NCBI GenBank assembly: GCA_965203465.1
Contig: CBDBCR010000003.1
Location: forward strand, 704,001-768,000
DNA: 64,000 nt
Origin: Nitrosopumilaceae archaeon
GTDB lineage: Archaea; Thermoproteota; Nitrososphaeria; Nitrososphaerales; Nitrosopumilaceae
Direction of reading: 5' to 3'
This document shows positions 28,796 to 38,601 of this stretch, one piece after another. How positions within the stretch are numbered: the stretch's first letter is position 1; each line of letters opens with the position of its first letter. A program made the translations under genes and the position numbers. The notes under the pieces were generated by a model, which did not search any database, was not told the DNA's origin, and was given only the letters and a program-made list of their open reading frames with translations.

Positions 28796-29773
28796 CTAGT
28801 CGTTTACGCATGGCTCCTTCAATTCTATTATGCAGCCAAACTGGCGGTCGTCGGGTAGATCGCGTATGCACTTGTACTGGTAATAGTCCAGCACGGTGCA
28901 GGTTCCGGAGTGGCTTTGCTTTAGGATCTTGGGGCCCTCTGCCTGGAACAAGGAACGAGACGCCCCAGAAACGGCGTAAAGAACATCATCAGGACACTCG
29001 GATGAAATGGCCACGGTAGAACCCGTCAAGCCTGGAAAGTCACACACGCCGCCGTTGGCTATACAGTCTTTTTGTAGGGAAGTCAGGTTCGAACCCAAGT
29101 TCTGGGCTATCTTTTTTGCCGTGTTTAGCGAGCATGCGAAGCGATCCAGTTGTAAGTTAGACGGGGTGTGAAATGCAATGCAACAGTGATGAATCTCTGT
29201 TATCGCTTCGGCGTCTGGTACAACGATCCGTTGTGCGTCATTGTCAGGAGCAGCGGTTCGAAACTTTGCCTCACCGTTACCTGCGTTCTTTATGTAATAG
29301 TACCGTATCTGTTTGAGTGCATCACGAGCATCTCGCTCTCGCTTAAGCAAGGCACACGCCACATCCGGAAAAAGAGTCTCAAAGTTCCCGTCTGCGGAGA
29401 GATCGTGTGGCACTGCGTACGGTTTCGCGGTGTCCCGCAGGTCGAACGGTATCTGGCAAGATTTATGCTCGAATGTAGTCAGACCATAACGCCGAATTGC
29501 TGGCAGTGTGCCACGGTGCGTAAAAACATGCGTGTGGCGCAGATCGTCTATAAACAGGGGCTTAAACATAGAATCGAGAGGCGTAAACTTTGCACGTATT
29601 GCATGTAGTTTGCAATACGTCTGAATCAGATCCTTGTGCGCGTTGTCGCACTGGGGGCGATATCGCACACGAGACAGCGCTGGTTCTGAATCAAGATAGT
29701 AATCGGCAAGTGGCTCCGGATTGTGCGGCATATACTCGTGTCTGCCGGCAATGAATATTCGCTCATTCGGCAT
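28796..29773 (-). CDS. Hypothetical protein, low GC (likely foreign)
   Basis: Long ORF in a markedly AT-richer segment; no motif recognised. Confidence 0.55.
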   Translation of the reverse strand: MPNERIFIAGRHEYMPHNPEPLADYYLDSEPALSRVRYRPQCDNAHKDLIQTYCKLHAIRAKFTPLDSMFKPLFIDDLRHTHVFTHRGTLPAIRRYGLTTFEHKSCQIPFDLRDTAKPYAVPHDLSADGNFETLFPDVACALLKRERDARDALKQIRYYYIKNAGNGEAKFRTAAPDNDAQRIVVPDAEAITEIHHCCIAFHTPSNLQLDRFACSLNTAKKIAQNLGSNLTSLQKDCIANGGVCDFPGLTGSTVAISSECPDDVLYAVSGASRSLFQAEGPKILKQSHSGTCTVLDYYQYKCIRDLPDDRQFGCIIELKEPCVND

Positions 29774-29941
29774 GCACGTCACTACAGCGGGCACCTTGGG
29801 CACCTCCCAAACGGATTAAGATCCTTGGACTGTGATCTTTTTCGGCAGTCAGTTGCCGGATCGACTTGTGTAGACGTTGCCGACATGTTTTGAGTAAAAA
29901 ATTCCAAGGATAAAAAAGATATCGAATCCTGTGGGGTTGCC

Positions 29942-30325
29942 TCATAATTCCCCTGCAAATCGCCCAAAGTGACGGATTCCGTCGTTTTGGCGGTTCGGCG
30001 GCAAGCGAGGCGGCCTGATTCTGAGGGACGTTTCCGGCCCGTCCCGTCCTTGCGCCGCGGCCGGCATGACGGCCGGTTCGGCGGCGCACCGGATCCGGTT
30101 GAGCGCGCGCACGTTCCACGTTATCGCGAGTAGCACGCCGAACCTCTCCTGCGGCTCTTTTTTCCTGTACCGGCAGAGCAGCCGGTGGGAGCGCGTCTCC
30201 TCGGCCCCGAATATGCCCTCGACCATCCTGCCCCCCGCGCACATGGCCGCGTTGAGCGCTATCACTGCCAAGCCGTACGCCACGAGCCCGAATCTGCGCC
30301 GTCCAATACGTGCCTTCGTGGTCAA
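29942..30325 (-). pseudogene. DDE transposase C-terminal remnant (IS5/IS4-like)
   Basis: RMVEGIFGAEE...LLCRYRKK...RFGVLLAITWNVRALNR resembles a DDE transposase C-terminal signature; the N-terminal part is missing. Confidence 0.55.
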
Positions 30326-30424
30326 AGTGCGGCTTGCGCCCCGTCCGGCAGTCGCGGCGGATCGGCCTTTCGGGCCTGTTCAAGAGCGCAGCGCAGGCGC
30401 GCGGCGGCTCGCGCCAAAAAGAGG

Positions 30425-30453
30425 TCAAAAAAAGGGAGAGAAAATAGGTTTTA
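30425..30453 (-). terminator. Oligo-T terminator of the S-layer gene
   Basis: The minus strand reads TATTTTCTCTCCCTTTTTTTG immediately after the stop codon. Confidence 0.6.
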
Positions 30454-33400
30454 CTAGCTTACTGTTACGTTGAATTCCGCTGGCGGAGACAGCGCCGTCG
30501 GGTTGTCTATGGATTCCCACGCGAACGCGGTGGCAGTATAGCTGCCCGCCGCGGCCGGGGTCCAAGACAGTGCCGGATCGAACGTCTGCGCCGGGCCCAG
30601 CGTCCCCTGTATCCATGCCAGGGCAACGGTCACGCCGTTGGCGTCCTGGATCTGGACTAGGTACGCAAAGGCCTGGTCCGCGTCCTGGCCGCTCGTCAGA
30701 GTGGCCGTGATCTGGACCTGCTGGTCTACGTTTACCGTGTCGAGAGTGTTGCCGAACGAGTTGACCACCCTGAGGTTCGATATGGGCGCCCGCTCTAGCG
30801 GGGGCACGATCGTGCCTATCAGGGAGGTCGACTGGATAGCCTTGCGGTCGCCGCGGTCGTCGGGCGCCGGGAGCGTGTTGTCGAAGTAGCGCGAGGTGAC
30901 CGTGTCGCCTTCGGATACCCTCAGCCTGTGGCCGGAGGACTCGTCGGTCGTGGTGAAGAACACCGTGCCTTCGAATATTCCGGTGGCCTCGTTGGTCTCC
31001 GTGACGGTCAGGTCTATGCCGCCAGAATCCGATTCCGACCAGACGTCAACGTCAAAGTTGTCGACTGCCTCGGGGTTCAGGTTCATGTCGGGATCTACCA
31101 CGCGCACCACGCCGGTGCCGCTCGCCGGATAGCTCGCCTCGAGCCACTGCGTCACGCCTACGTTCCACCTTACTAGGGCGGAGCCGACAACGGTCTCGTC
31201 CTCTGAGAACTCAAAGGATACGGAGAGTCCGGTGTCTTCTTCGGCGCGCAGGAAGCCGTCGGTCGGGCCTGTGCCGTCGACGCTGGTCCTCGGGTTGGTG
31301 TCGTTTCCGTTCGTGCCTGTAGAGTCGTCGCCGTCGGCGTCGTACGGGAAGCCGGTGAGTATGACCTCTCCGGTGAATATGCCCGTGTCGGTGCCGGTCT
31401 CGACGAGCTTGTACTGGTCGATGTCGTCGGTCCTCGTGGCGATCCTGATGGAATCGCTAGAGGTCTCGCCGATCTCGTCGATCAGCTGGCTGTCGAAGTT
31501 GTGGTCGGGCGCGACTATGGTGATGAAGACCTTGTCGGTCCAAGTGTAGACCTTTTGGTCAAGCTCCACGGTCGCTCCGAAGTTGGAGGTGTACACGGTC
31601 AGGTTGACGTCCTCGTCCTCTTCGCCAACGTAGTTGGCGCCGGACGGGCCCCAGTCGGTGTATTCCAGCTCGATCTCCTCGCCGCGCTCCAGCCGGTCGC
31701 CTGCGATGGCCTCGGGGACCTCCAGTACTACCTGGAAGATGCCCGTGTCGTCGCCGGTCTCGCGGAAGTCGCTCGGCTCCGGATCGAAGCCGCCGATCGG
31801 GTTGCCCAGCCCCAGGGTGCCGGAAGCGGAATCCCACTCCACGGCGTTGAGGCTGTACGTCTCTGCTCCGTCGTTGTCCAAGTTCCAGTCTGGTTCGATG
31901 ATGGTCAGTATCATGTCGCTGCCGATGATGTAGACGTTCTTGTCGGACTGGAGCACGCCGTTCCTCAGATCGAACGTCGCCGAGTCGGTGACCGTGTTCG
32001 GGTCGCCGGAGGCGTCGGTCGGGTCGGTGTACTCTACCGTCAGGATGTCGCCCTGCAGGATGCAGTAGTATTCGTCTGCGTCTGCCAAGGACAGACCGCC
32101 GTCGGCAGTCTCCATGTTGGCGTTGGTGTTTGCCGGGCACGTCCTCGATGCCGGGCCGTCGTTGAAGTTGATCGCGAGATCAAGCTCAAAGATGCCCGCG
32201 TCGCCGGCAATCTCGGTTATTGGGCCGAGCTGCCTGACTGCTTGGAGGCTCTCGTTTACCGCGTTGTTGGGTACGTCCATCACAGTTCCGATTCCGTTGT
32301 CGCCTACGTCGAGTTTGCCGTCAATGGCGTTGGGGCCGCCGGCATATCCCAAGGTGACCCTTTCGGCTCCCCTGGAGACTGTTACCTTTAGCGGACCCAC
32401 GCCTGCCGTGGTGTTTTGTGCTATGCGGTCCTCACCAGACGCTGAAATGTCAAAGTCCGGATCGTTCACGCGCGCGTGTATGACGACGGCACCGCCACCT
32501 AGCGTTTCGGATGGGCTGTCTAGGCCATCGACTATGGCGGTAGCGTGCACCGGAAAGACCGAGGCCGTTCCGGGCGTGTTGCCGCTGTAGCCTGCGCCAG
32601 TCTCGTATGCAGCCCACGGAACCGGGTACACTGTCCTGTCAAGGCTGACAGAACCCGTATTGGCCCGGACTCCCGCAGAGTCGCCCACCTCGATGATCTC
32701 GCCGGACACGTCGCGGAAGTCAACATAGTTGACCTCAATGTCCGTGCCGGTCACAGATGCCGGGGCGTCTGAGCCTGCCGGGCAGTACGTCGGCGGAATC
32801 TGGAAGTTGCCGACGAATATGCCGGTTGCAACTCCCGTCTCCCTCAGCGTAAAGCCGGTGGCGCCAAGACCCGTGTCGCGTATGTTTTGCGCATTAGCGC
32901 ACGTGTCGTTAGCTCCAGCGTCATTTACGTTGGTAGTCCAGATCTCGTCGTTGAAAGTCACGTCAGCCAAGCGTCCCAGAGGGCCAAAGCTGAAATCAGT
33001 GCCTGGAAGGGCAGGGCTCGGTTTCTTGGTCGTTTCCGGAAGGCCTGACGAACCCACTGCGTCCCTTGCGGGATCGTTAGCAGGCGAGGTGACTACCGTA
33101 AAGACATCCACGAGCTCGCTGTCCGTGTTGAGGTCAACGTCGTTCAGCGTGATCATGACGGTGTCTGCCACCTTGTAGGTCTCTGCGTCGAACTCGATCG
33201 AGCCCGAGTGCGTAGGCGCAGCCTCTTGGTCGGAGATCTGCGTTTCGACGCCGTCGGCACCAAGGTCAAGGTAGTTGACCCTGGGCGCGTCCTCGTCGGT
33301 GAGATCTTCGATGGCCACGAACGTAAGGTCTGAGTCGGCTAGCGAGGTAACTCCGTCGTAGGTGGACTGGTCATAGATCGACAGCTGGTTTACCATGTAG

Positions 33401-35634
33401 TATTCCAGAGTCCCTTCGAAAGTGCTCGTGTTGTCGCCGCTCTCCTCCAGCTCTAGCCTGATGATCTGGTTTGCAACCCTCTCGGAAGAAGAGTTGCCGT
33501 CATCGGTAAAGCCGTACGAGAAGAAGTCTGCCACGAACGGCAGTTTGTTGCCCACCGTGACATCGTCGTCGGAGCCAATCTCGTTCAGTGCGAATTGGAG
33601 TCCTATGTTGCGGGAGTCGTCTACACCGAAGATGTCGGAGATGGTGTCTGTTGGGAGCAGGAGTTTGCCCTGTCCCTTGTCAACCGTGCCCAGCGCTACG
33701 CTGGACAAGCTGCTCACGCGGACGTTGTTGGTTGAATCGGCGGAAACGTCCTCCAGAACGCCGTCGCTGTCTGCGGTGTGCAACAGGCTTACCGTGGCAT
33801 CACGGGAGCCAAAGCTCGTCACATCGACGTTCAGGTAGTTGAATCCGTAGAAGCCGGCCGCATCGTCAGCAGAGTTGTTGATGCTCTCCTTGAGTGCCGC
33901 TGCATTGGTACCTAGGTCTACGACCAAGGTGCCGTTGATGGTTCCAGTCACGTCGATGGCCGCCTGAGGATCAATTACAGCGCGTTCGCTGAAAGTCTCC
34001 ACCGTCAGGTCACCCGATATAGTATTCGATCCAATCTCAAGCAGATACTCGAGAGTGTTGTCGTTGCTAACGCCGTTCCTTAGTGTGAACGGTTCGCCAG
34101 TCACGAGCGTCGGTATGATTGAATCGGGGTCGGAAACGAGCAAGTCCTCGTCGTCAAGGCCGTTCCTGTTCATGTCGCGGTCTACCAGAGTTACCGGTAT
34201 GCCGATACCCGAATTCCATTCGCCGTCGCCCGCATCAATGTCGATCGTGGCGGTGGCAGCCTGGAACGTGACAGTCAGCACATCATCGTATGTGATGGTC
34301 GAGGTCACGGATCTTGCCGCATCGCTGGTAGTGTCCACCGAAGAGTCGTCCTGCTCGTCGTACGAGACAAAGATGCCCGTCTGCGGACCGGTCTCTACCA
34401 CGGTGAAAGGCTGTGTGCCCGCGCCCAGCATGTTTGCCGTGCCGCCAGGTACCATTGCCCTTTCGATGAGCGTGCGCTCATCCGTGTCAGAGGTGAGTGG
34501 CTGGTAATCAATTACGTTGTCCGTGTTGTCGTCCAGCGTAAGCACCGGCTTTCCGGTGTTTTGCGGATCGGCATCTATTGTGACTATGCACACTTCGCAC
34601 AGCAAATCGCCAAGAATCCCCGAGAGATCAGGGTTGTCTGTGTTTAGAGTCAAGCGAGTCTCTTCTGCACGATCGATGAAGTTGCCGCTGTCGTCAAAGA
34701 CGCGATAATACACCTTTTCCGAACCCGGAGTAGTGCTCCAAGTCCAAGTGTCGACATCGGTAGGATCGATGTCCAGAGAGGTGTCCGTGATTGTCACGTG
34801 CACTTCTGCTGAACGCGGGTAGATTGCCTGCGTGGGAGCGTTGCCCGTGGCACGATCAGAGGTGATCGTGTCATAGTCGTCGGCATCCTCGTATGTGAGG
34901 CGAACCGTCTGCGCTCCGCCGCCCTTTTCGTACCTGACCTCGACCCTGTTGTCCTCTTCTATGTCATAGAGCTGGACAAAGGGCCAGTAGGCCGGGTGGA
35001 CACCAATCTGTCCCGGAGTGTTCACGACAGCTTGGTTGGTGTTCAGTTGCTTTTCTTCCCTGACTACATTGAAGCCAGAGTCGCCCGTACCTTGAGGTTG
35101 AGCAGTAGTTCGGTTTTGTGGACTGGTAGGACAGGTAGCATTGTCATTGAGGGGCAGTGCTACTGCATCTGCCTCGCTGAGATCTACGACGGTAGTGTTA
35201 CTGCTGGCACGAACGCCTATGTTAACGCTGGTGCCAGAAGCTATCGGGCAGATCACGCCAAAGTCTATGCCGAGTCCGTTTGATGCAGCTGCGTCCACCG
35301 CCGTGGCCATGCTCCTGGAGGCAAAGTAGCCGTACCAGTTGCCGTCGTTGGCCTGAACCATGCGCAGATCGTTGCCGTTGATGAAGACATCGGGTTCTCC
35401 GAGGGCCTCGTCAAGGCTGTCGATCTGGTTGTCGCGTATGACGACTTCCACGACCTGTCCGGTCATGGCGTTGCTGAAGGTCGCGTCTTCTGCGGAGACG
35501 AACAGGTTTGCGTTCCTGCCCGTCTGAGCGTCGGCTGCCGGGATCACTCCCGGGATGCCGAAGGTCACTCCGCCTGCGACCATTATAGTCATAAGCGTAA
35601 GACTAGTTAGTTTTTTTCCTATTTCATTAGTCAT
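30454..35634 (-). CDS. slaA: Major S-layer protein (Nmar_1547/Nmar_1201-type)
   Basis: N-terminus MTNEIGKKLTSLTLMTIMVAGG...NANLFVSAE, repeated ETG..TGIF.G motifs, and C-terminal FAWESIDNPTALSPP characteristic of AOA S-layer proteins. Confidence 0.9.
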   Translation of the reverse strand: MTNEIGKKLTSLTLMTIMVAGGVTFGIPGVIPAADAQTGRNANLFVSAEDATFSNAMTGQVVEVVIRDNQIDSLDEALGEPDVFINGNDLRMVQANDGNWYGYFASRSMATAVDAAASNGLGIDFGVICPIASGTSVNIGVRASSNTTVVDLSEADAVALPLNDNATCPTSPQNRTTAQPQGTGDSGFNVVREEKQLNTNQAVVNTPGQIGVHPAYWPFVQLYDIEEDNRVEVRYEKGGGAQTVRLTYEDADDYDTITSDRATGNAPTQAIYPRSAEVHVTITDTSLDIDPTDVDTWTWSTTPGSEKVYYRVFDDSGNFIDRAEETRLTLNTDNPDLSGILGDLLCEVCIVTIDADPQNTGKPVLTLDDNTDNVIDYQPLTSDTDERTLIERAMVPGGTANMLGAGTQPFTVVETGPQTGIFVSYDEQDDSSVDTTSDAARSVTSTITYDDVLTVTFQAATATIDIDAGDGEWNSGIGIPVTLVDRDMNRNGLDDEDLLVSDPDSIIPTLVTGEPFTLRNGVSNDNTLEYLLEIGSNTISGDLTVETFSERAVIDPQAAIDVTGTINGTLVVDLGTNAAALKESINNSADDAAGFYGFNYLNVDVTSFGSRDATVSLLHTADSDGVLEDVSADSTNNVRVSSLSSVALGTVDKGQGKLLLPTDTISDIFGVDDSRNIGLQFALNEIGSDDDVTVGNKLPFVADFFSYGFTDDGNSSSERVANQIIRLELEESGDNTSTFEGTLEYYMVNQLSIYDQSTYDGVTSLADSDLTFVAIEDLTDEDAPRVNYLDLGADGVETQISDQEAAPTHSGSIEFDAETYKVADTVMITLNDVDLNTDSELVDVFTVVTSPANDPARDAVGSSGLPETTKKPSPALPGTDFSFGPLGRLADVTFNDEIWTTNVNDAGANDTCANAQNIRDTGLGATGFTLRETGVATGIFVGNFQIPPTYCPAGSDAPASVTGTDIEVNYVDFRDVSGEIIEVGDSAGVRANTGSVSLDRTVYPVPWAAYETGAGYSGNTPGTASVFPVHATAIVDGLDSPSETLGGGAVVIHARVNDPDFDISASGEDRIAQNTTAGVGPLKVTVSRGAERVTLGYAGGPNAIDGKLDVGDNGIGTVMDVPNNAVNESLQAVRQLGPITEIAGDAGIFELDLAINFNDGPASRTCPANTNANMETADGGLSLADADEYYCILQGDILTVEYTDPTDASGDPNTVTDSATFDLRNGVLQSDKNVYIIGSDMILTIIEPDWNLDNDGAETYSLNAVEWDSASGTLGLGNPIGGFDPEPSDFRETGDDTGIFQVVLEVPEAIAGDRLERGEEIELEYTDWGPSGANYVGEEDEDVNLTVYTSNFGATVELDQKVYTWTDKVFITIVAPDHNFDSQLIDEIGETSSDSIRIATRTDDIDQYKLVETGTDTGIFTGEVILTGFPYDADGDDSTGTNGNDTNPRTSVDGTGPTDGFLRAEEDTGLSVSFEFSEDETVVGSALVRWNVGVTQWLEASYPASGTGVVRVVDPDMNLNPEAVDNFDVDVWSESDSGGIDLTVTETNEATGIFEGTVFFTTTDESSGHRLRVSEGDTVTSRYFDNTLPAPDDRGDRKAIQSTSLIGTIVPPLERAPISNLRVVNSFGNTLDTVNVDQQVQITATLTSGQDADQAFAYLVQIQDANGVTVALAWIQGTLGPAQTFDPALSWTPAAAGSYTATAFAWESIDNPTALSPPAEFNVTVS

Positions 35635-35661
35635 GTTGTTGTTCGGGCTTCCGAAATTGAG

Positions 35662-35668
35662 TATTTAA
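35662..35668 (-). promoter_or_regulatory. Putative TATA box of the S-layer gene
   Basis: TTAAATA on the minus strand about 28 nt upstream of the ATG at 35634. Confidence 0.6.
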
Positions 35669-35692
35669 GCCTAATGAACAACCAATCGGGGC

Positions 35693-35830
35693 CGGCGCCC
35701 CGAAATGCGGCCCCTAGGCACGGCCTCCGGGGGTTCGGGCGCGGCCCGGGCGGGCTTTCGGGGCCAAGTGCGCCTCCGGGGCTCGCCCGAGCCGGCCCGG
35801 AGGCCAAGCAAAGCCGATCGCCTGGGCCGC
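35693..35830. repeat. Dispersed repeat (related copy at about 41072-41190) with core CTAGGCACGGCCTCC
   Basis: cggcgccccgaaatgcggcccctaggcacggcctccgggggtt versus cggcgccccggaatccggcccctaggcacggcctccgggggtt. Confidence 0.8.
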
Positions 35831-36110
35831 CTCGCACGCCCCGATCCGGGCACCGCTGGATCCGGCGGACCGGATCCCGGACGGCGGCGGAGACGGCAGA
35901 GGCCAAGTCCCGAACCCCCCGCGGGTTCGGCGGACCATGTGTCCCGGACGCGGCCGCGGCTCTGCCAAAGCTGCCCGGATCTTTCCGGCAAAGACCGCCG
36001 CCTGCGCGGCTTTGCGGCCCGCCGATCGGGCCCCGCGGCGCCCGGCGGGGCGCGGCATCGGCCCGAAGCGGGGGCGCGGCGGGTCCCCAAGCCGCCCGAT
36101 CGCCCCGCCG

Positions 36111-36878
36111 TCAGGCCTCCGGCCACCTGCGCCGGTAGTACGTCGCGTCGGCGCCGCCCAGCGTTATCCTCTCCCCCCAGACGAACGAGGCGCGGTACTT
36201 GCGGTCCAGCCTCTCTATGCGGCCCGACTCCATCTGCTTTTGGACCTCGCAGTACGGCATCACCAAAAAGTCGTTGCCGGTACCCGAGCGCATGACGAAC
36301 GCATAGTACGCGTCGGGGCGGTTGAACTTTTTGTGCGCGCCGGGCGAGACGAAAAACGAGCACCGGTTGCCCACCGGCACCGACGTCTTCACCTGCAGAA
36401 AGAAGCACCTGCCGCCCTTTACCGCAAAGACGTCCGTTCCCTCGTCGACGTTGGCCACGCAGGCGTCGAACCCGTGAAAGAGCAGCTCGCTTACCACCGA
36501 ATACTCGCCGGCCCTGCCGTTGAAGAGCGCCTGGTTGGTAGCGTCGGGCGTAGGACTGGCGCGGTCCGCAGGCAAGCTCTGGCCGTTCGGGGCCGCCGCC
36601 TGTCTCGGGTCGCCGTCGGAGGCCGGCCCCGCGCCGGCCGCATCCGTCTCCGAGTTCAGCCCGAACAGATCGTCGCGCCGGACGAACTCAGAGTCGGATC
36701 CGCGCTGCCTGATGTTGTTAGAAAGGACCGCGCTCATGGTCCGTGCCGGGGCGTCCGTCATTTTGTCCGCGTCCAAGAGCCCCTTTTGCACGGCCCTCTT
36801 GACGATCTCGTCTGCCGTGAGGAACTTGTCTTTGCCCGACAGTACCGCGATCGCCGAGATCTTGAAGGGCTGTACCAC
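36111..36878 (-). CDS. HARE-HTH (HB1/ASXL-type) plus PD-(D/E)XK endonuclease fusion
   Basis: N-terminal LTADEIVKRAVQKGLL...TDAPARTMSAVLSNNI; C-terminal GRAGEYSVVSELL..GF....VDEGTDV...LQVKTS. Confidence 0.8.
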   Translation of the reverse strand: MVQPFKISAIAVLSGKDKFLTADEIVKRAVQKGLLDADKMTDAPARTMSAVLSNNIRQRGSDSEFVRRDDLFGLNSETDAAGAGPASDGDPRQAAAPNGQSLPADRASPTPDATNQALFNGRAGEYSVVSELLFHGFDACVANVDEGTDVFAVKGGRCFFLQVKTSVPVGNRCSFFVSPGAHKKFNRPDAYYAFVMRSGTGNDFLVMPYCEVQKQMESGRIERLDRKYRASFVWGERITLGGADATYYRRRWPEA

Positions 36879-37038
36879 GGCATGGCTGCGAGTGCCCTGT
36901 ATTTAAGTCGCCTTTGGAGGCGATCGCGGGGCACTGTTGCGAATTCGGGGGATAAGCCTAGATTAGGCACGGCCTCCCCGATCGCCCAGGGCACCCGTTC
37001 TTGCCGGTATCTAGAGGCACAAATACGGACTGGTAGCA

Positions 37039-37247
37039 TGCCGAGCGTGGAATACGACGCAAGAGGCGTGTGCTCGATGCACGGCAACCCGTACGCGGCG
37101 GTCGAGTCGATCATGCGCTGGGATCACTTGAGCTTGGACGAAGCTGTCGAAGCGGTGAGGGCCGCAGGCGGCAAGGTCGGACAAAGATACGTGGACAATT
37201 TCAGGCGGCTACAGGCCAAAGCTAAACGCGCTTCCTCGTCTGAGTGA
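37039..37247 (+). CDS. Small hypothetical protein (transposon passenger)
   Basis: MPSVEYDARGVCSMHGNPYAAVESIMRWDHLSLDEAVEAV...; coding-like composition. Confidence 0.5.
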
Positions 37248-38138
37248 GGTACCGGCTCTCGTTCTGGATCATTGTCCGCCACTTGTCGGCCCCCTCGATG
37301 AAGATCTGGCTTCCTCGCCCGGAGTCCGCTTGAGGGACTGGTGCTTGCGGGCGTGGTTGTGGTTTACGCGGATGCCGCAGAACTCAGTCGTATGCTTGCC
37401 TTGGAGGTCCCTGAAGGTCTTTTCGCGGTCGCGTATCGTACCGTTGAGCCGCTCCATCCTGTTGTTGTTGTCCTTGCCCTTTTTGGGGCCGGTGATGTGT
37501 ATCTCGCGCACGTGCTCCGTCATGGGCATGACCTCCTCGGTGGCCACCCGGTACGAGTTGAGGCCGTCCGTTATCATCCTGGCCGGTATCTTGCCGGTCT
37601 GCTCCAGCGTATCCTTGAACAGTTTGGTCGCGTCGTGGCCCTCCTTGCGGTCGGCTAGGTCCGACGCGAGTCAGTACCGCGTGTCGTTGTCCGTCGAAGA
37701 GAACAGGTACATCAGGTCGCCGGCCACCTTCACGTAGAGCTCGTCCGCCCTGTAGTCGCTGCCGGTCTCGGGCCTTTGCCTGTCCATGTAGGCGGCGACA
37801 GGGCCGTACCGCTCGATCCACCGGAATATTGCCGACCTGTCGGTCTTGATTCCCTTTACCTCGAGGTTCTCGGCTATCTTGCCGGCCGAGAGGCCGGAAA
37901 AGTGCAGGCGCAGGCATTCGGTTATGACGGCCCTCGAGTACCGCCTGTACCTGAACCCGAACCTCGCGGAAAACTTGCGGCCGCAGTCACAGCACTTCAT
38001 CAGTTGGGTGACGCCGGGCTTGTTCTGGCGTATACCGTTCTTGCAGATGTGCCTTGAATTGCAATACTTGTACTTTGTCGGTGTGTCGTAGTTCTTTACC
38101 GTCTTTACGTATCGCTCCATGCCCCGTATACAGGCCAT
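37222..38138 (-). pseudogene. IS6/IS240-like DDE transposase with N-terminal zinc ribbon
   Basis: C..KNG.R....KCCDCGRKF, HTH, YRADELYVKV, in-frame TGA at 37671-73 (where W is expected), MITDGL, NNNRMERLNGTIRDR, and a frameshift before DKWRTMIQN. Confidence 0.85.
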
Positions 38139-38219
38139 GGTAATAGAAACATTAGGTAAACCTATTGGTCAACCAAGGAAATAGGTAAACTGAAATAAGC
38201 CCGGGTTGCGCCGCCCTGC

Positions 38220-38411
38220 ATGGTAAGGGAAGACTTGGCTGAGACCGTAATGGCCTTGGCCGTATCGAAAAGCCGATCGCTCCGGACGACAGTCCCCATA
38301 CACGTGGCCCGACAGTTGGGCCTCGAGCCGGGCTCCCGCGTAAAGTGGGACATGGACAAGGTGAAAGGGCGCTGGACGGCGACGATCTGCAAGGCGGGTG
38401 AGAGGGCGTGA
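38220..38411 (+). CDS. AbrB/SpoVT-like DNA-binding protein divergent from the transposase
   Basis: SLRTTVPIHVARQLGLEPGSRVKW, the AbrB signature. Confidence 0.8.
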   Translation: MVREDLAETVMALAVSKSRSLRTTVPIHVARQLGLEPGSRVKWDMDKVKGRWTATICKAGERA

Positions 38412-38506
38412 GTCTGTACTGGATAGGCGTGTTAGCCGTCATCGGGTTTGCGGGTGCGGCCGTACTCTCGCACACAGTACAATCGCTGTCCCGCCTCGGA
38501 CAGTAG
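38408..38506 (+). CDS. Putative 32-aa hydrophobic peptide coupled to the AbrB gene
   Basis: GTGA overlap; translates to MSLYWIGVLAVIGFAGAAVLSHTVQSLSRLGQ*. Confidence 0.4.
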   Translation: MSLYWIGVLAVIGFAGAAVLSHTVQSLSRLGQ

Positions 38507-38601
38507 GCCCGAAACCCCTCCGCCTTCAGGCAGATTTTTGAGGCTGATTTTTCGCCGATCGGCAGAAGGTTTTTCAAGCGTCGTTTCCGCGCATGGGTCA
38601 T

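Noticed and set aside
37671-37673. In-frame TGA in the transposase as recoding (Sec/Trp)
   Set aside because: A TGG>TGA nonsense change is simpler. The gene has a further frameshift, and TGA is a normal stop elsewhere in the window.
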